Source: the human T2T-CHM13v2.0 reference genome, Homo sapiens
Assembly: GCF_009914755.1 (NCBI RefSeq)
Contig: NC_060932.1
DNA: 64,000 nt
Reading direction: 5' to 3' (one strand)
Each line of letters starts with the position of its first letter. The first letter of the stretch is position 1. Of this stretch, positions 60,491 to 64,000 are shown in pieces. Position numbers and translations under genes: made by a program. The notes below the pieces were generated by a model that had not been told where the DNA came from, searched no databases, and saw only the letters and a program-made list of their open reading frames with translations.

Positions 60491-63457
60491 ATATTTAGTA
60501 AAAAATTAAAGGAGAATTATGTGCATAATTGCTGCATTTCAAAATCACTGGTTTCATTGAAATTTTATTAGTAGTAAATGTTTAAGACATTGTGAAATTG
60601 AGTCTAAATTAATGCAATTTTCTTTATAATCAATGTTTCAATAATGGATTTTTTTCAGTAAATTCAGAGATGCTTATATTTATAGAATGCTGATAGTGTA
60701 CCTAACACCAAATCAATGGTATTTAGAATTTACTAAGTGTGCATTACATATGGTTTAAGGACTATCTAGGTAGTCTGCTTTCATGAAATCATGACCATGA
60801 TTGCCATGACTCTTATTCAAAGTGGTCATCTGAGCTATGTGGTAAGAAAAAATAGCATAACCATGAGAGAAATAAGATAAAATGATGTAAAGGGAAATAA
60901 TTTGTAAAAGGAAATCAAAGTATGGTTAAGAAAGAGGTTAAACTATAGAGCTAAGGAACTAGAAAAAATAAATCACCAATGTTTTTCTTAGGAGAAAAAA
61001 GAATCTAATAACCTGGAAGCAAATGATCTCATAACCTTTATTCCTAGATATTTCTTCTTATACTTTTTAGAATACAGGTGAAACAAAAAGGCAACAAAGA
61101 TGGCTATGTCTTTGGTGCCACTTTCTGTGAATTATGCACATTCAATAAATGCTTGGTGCATATGATGAATGAGAGAAAGCTGTAATAATTAAATAACAAA
61201 TGTCTTTAACATGACTGATGTCTTTTCTGTAGCATTTTTATCTTTTATTGAAAGGATGATTAATCAATAGACTTGAAGACAAATAATGATCTGTTCTTAT
61301 ATGGCCAATGCTTAATAGACTTCTATTTTCAAGAATATGATATGAGCTCTGAAAGACAAAGTATCTCTCTTAAAAAAGATGTTTAACATAGTATAATAAT
61401 TGGTTTTACTGCATAGAAGTCAGTTTGTTCTCATGGAATATGTAACTTAAATATTTCAATTTTTAGGTGAAAAAAAGAATCTATTTCTATTTTCAACTGA
61501 ATTAAACTTGAACCATTGTCAAGTTTCCTTCATTTAAGTGACCTATAAATAGAGTTGCAACATGTGCCAGCTTGCCTAGGACAGTCCCAGTTTACACATG
61601 CTGTCCCAGCATTCTTCATAGATTGACATTTGTTCTGGATTTTATATGAAGTATTTTATTAAGAGTTGCATTAAAATAAGCTGGGGTGAGTTTGGAAGGT
61701 CTCCATTTTGTACTTACATACTGCTGCTGCCATGATTTCATCCTGTGTGGGATGCATGTATGGTGAAGGGTTCTCAACTGAAATATAATCAGCAATAACC
61801 CATCTTTTCCCTAACTTTTCAGACACAAGACAGCTAACATTTCTTGTTTAAGGACAGGATGAAGGTACCACTACTAAAACGAAGTGTGATAGAAAGATCT
61901 TTGGTGGTGGTGGTAGAAGTATTTGACATTGCTGTGCCATTTGCCTTTTGATGTATTGGTCAGTTTAGTCATGATCCATTCTTTGGCATTTGAGATGGGA
62001 GACTATAAGGTTGTTGGAGATTATAAATTAGGGTAGGAAATAGAGGTTGAACAGTCCTGTCATAGAATGTACAGAAGGTAGTCTGGATGTTTTTTTCTCC
62101 AGTGGTTTTGTCATTTATTGTATAGTGTAAATTTATAAATATTTTTGTATTTTATTATTTGGTAATTTTAAAAATTTGCAATAAATATTTCAGCAGCAAG
62201 ATGCTAAAAATGAAAATGCATTTTTACTCATGAATGTGTAACTTGTACAAATTTTTTGTTGACATTTGCTGTCCACTAGGGGGCTAGTAGTCACAGAATA
62301 CATCCTTGCAAAAAGAAAAAAATAAACCTGTTGAAGAAGCAACATCAATTTCAAAAGTTAGTAGAATTATTTTAAGAAAACCCAACGATGACAAAGATGG
62401 GCAAAGTGCATTTTATAAGTTAGCTGTGAAGCATGACTTTTCCTTTAGATTAAACAGCTGTTCTTTTTAATTTTAGTCAATTTCAGTTCCAAGTTGTGTG
62501 TGCACATGTGTGTGCAATCAAAAAGTAAATCATTGGCTTCATTAACAGAAGAACTTTACTATATTAGTAAGTGTTGACATTTTAAAAGGCATTTTAAAAC
62601 CAATGCTTTTCAACACTAAGACATTTAGATTTTCTCTACAAAAGCAAGGGAAGAATTGAACACATTAAACAAATTTCATTATGCAACAGTCATGTGTATC
62701 TTCTTCATCAGTGTATTCCTAGCACCTCACACAGTAATTGATACATAGTGGTGCTCATTAAATAGTTGTTGAAAGACTGAATGAGTAGATAAGTAAAAAA
62801 GCTTAAGAAAAAAGGAGAAAGAATTATAAGAAAAAAGGAGGAAGAATTAAAAGGACAGAACCCCAGGAAAAGAATGAAGAGAGACCTTACAAACAGAGTT
62901 ACGGACTCAAATGCTATGAACTCTATCCCAGTATCTTGCCTCTTTTTTTCAGTATATCTATTCTTTTGTGTCTTTCCAAAACATTTTCACTGGTCAGCTG
63001 TTCTACATGGAATGAAAAATGATCATCAATAGAAATTTCTGAATAAATGAATGAAAGGAGTTTTGTACTGGCTTTCATATTGAAAATCAGTACATTATTG
63101 GCATATGTATCATATATCCTGCTTGGGAATTAAGATAACTTATATAAAAGCTATTTTATTTAAGTAAAAAGCTATTTTATTTATTTTGGTGATGAAAATA
63201 CAGTTGAGGTCTAAGATAGCATATAGTTGAACAGTGCTTTATGCTAATTAGGGTTGATATAGACAGAAAATAAATATAAATTCTGCCATTTGAAAGCTGT
63301 TAAAATATTTCATCATTTGATTTCATAATGGTATGCATATAAAAGTATTTTAAAATGGGCTGTATGCATTTTGATCTGACATTGGTTATCAAAATTGATT
63401 TGTGGACCATAAAAAAAATCCACTCTTAAAAAGATAAAAATAGAATTTTGTTTCATG

Positions 63458-63530
63458 CTGGGTATGAAATTGGGTATAAACTGGGTACAAAATTGGGTAT
63501 AAACTGGGTACAAAATTGGGTATAAACTGG
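63458..63530. repeat. 23-bp minisatellite, about 3.2 copies
   Basis: ctgggta(ca/tg)aaattgggtataaa at 63458, 63481 and 63504. Confidence 0.95.
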
Positions 63531-63714
63531 CTACAAAGACAAGAGTAACAACTTCGGAACTCAATCATAGCATATAATTTTAAGTTATCTTTTCTTTGCT
63601 GACATTTAAAAATGTCAAAACTTGCTATGACTTTGACATTTTTAAAAAGTTTGTTACTTTTCTTCATAGGTTAGAAGTAAAAAAATGGAGTGACATGAAA
63701 AGTACACATTTATG

Positions 63715-64000
63715 TATTTTTGATTTTTTATTGATGTATAATACATATACATATTTTGGGGATACATAGGATATTTTGACACATTCATATAATATGTAAA
63801 GACCAAATCAAGGTAGTTGGGATATCCATTACCTAAATATCTTATCTTTATGCTGGTAATATTCAAATTTTTCTCTTCTGGCTATTTTGAAATGTACAAT
63901 AGATTATTGTTAACTAGTATCATCCTACTGATCTATCAAACACTAGGTCTTATTTCTATCTAATTGTATATTTGTATCCATTTATCAACCTCCTTATGCT
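63715..64000 (-). mobile_element. L1MA 3' end (runs off the window)
   Basis: 'tacatattttggggatacatagg...gaccaaatcaaggtagttgggatatccattacc...ttttgaaatgtacaatag'. Confidence 0.85.

Noticed and set aside
60780-60848. YCAY cluster followed by G|GTAAGA
   Set aside because: No convincing paired acceptor or open frame; could be chance in AT-rich DNA.
61823-61864. Possible 42-nt cassette exon (ttttcAG...gaag|GTacca)
   Set aside because: Weak donor, CTAAC too close to the AG, and an in-frame TGA after the phase-2 exon; not supportable without RNA data.
63458-63530. CRISPR-like regular repeat
   Set aside because: No unique spacers and a eukaryotic intron context; it is a simple minisatellite.

Overview
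Primate (human-like) genomic DNA, almost entirely intronic, from the presynaptic active-zone gene RIMS2 on the + strand. Two coding exons are visible: a 12-nt microexon (1903-1914, EDKV) that the ORF track misses, and a 311-nt exon (51822-52132) encoding the end of the RIM zinc finger and the SGAWFY Rab3-binding motif. A full-length RPS6 processed pseudogene lies 1.7 kb downstream of that exon. The rest is Alu, L1, L2, MaLR/ERV LTR and MER/Tigger repeats plus AT-rich unique sequence; most other ORF-track entries are repeat-derived or spurious. I see no prokaryote-type system (CRISPR, operon) and no novel gene. The most unusual structure is at 32.7-42 kb. A young L1PA 3'UTR is split by a ~3.9-kb block in which a nested L1MA/LTR/THE1 stack is broken and its halves are in opposite orientations, shown by matching target-site duplications (TSDs). 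The rest of that L1 has a spliced 5'UTR (SpIRE-type) and looks like an old/young chimera. Repeat boundaries are approximate and subfamily names come from recalled consensus sequences, not from a search.
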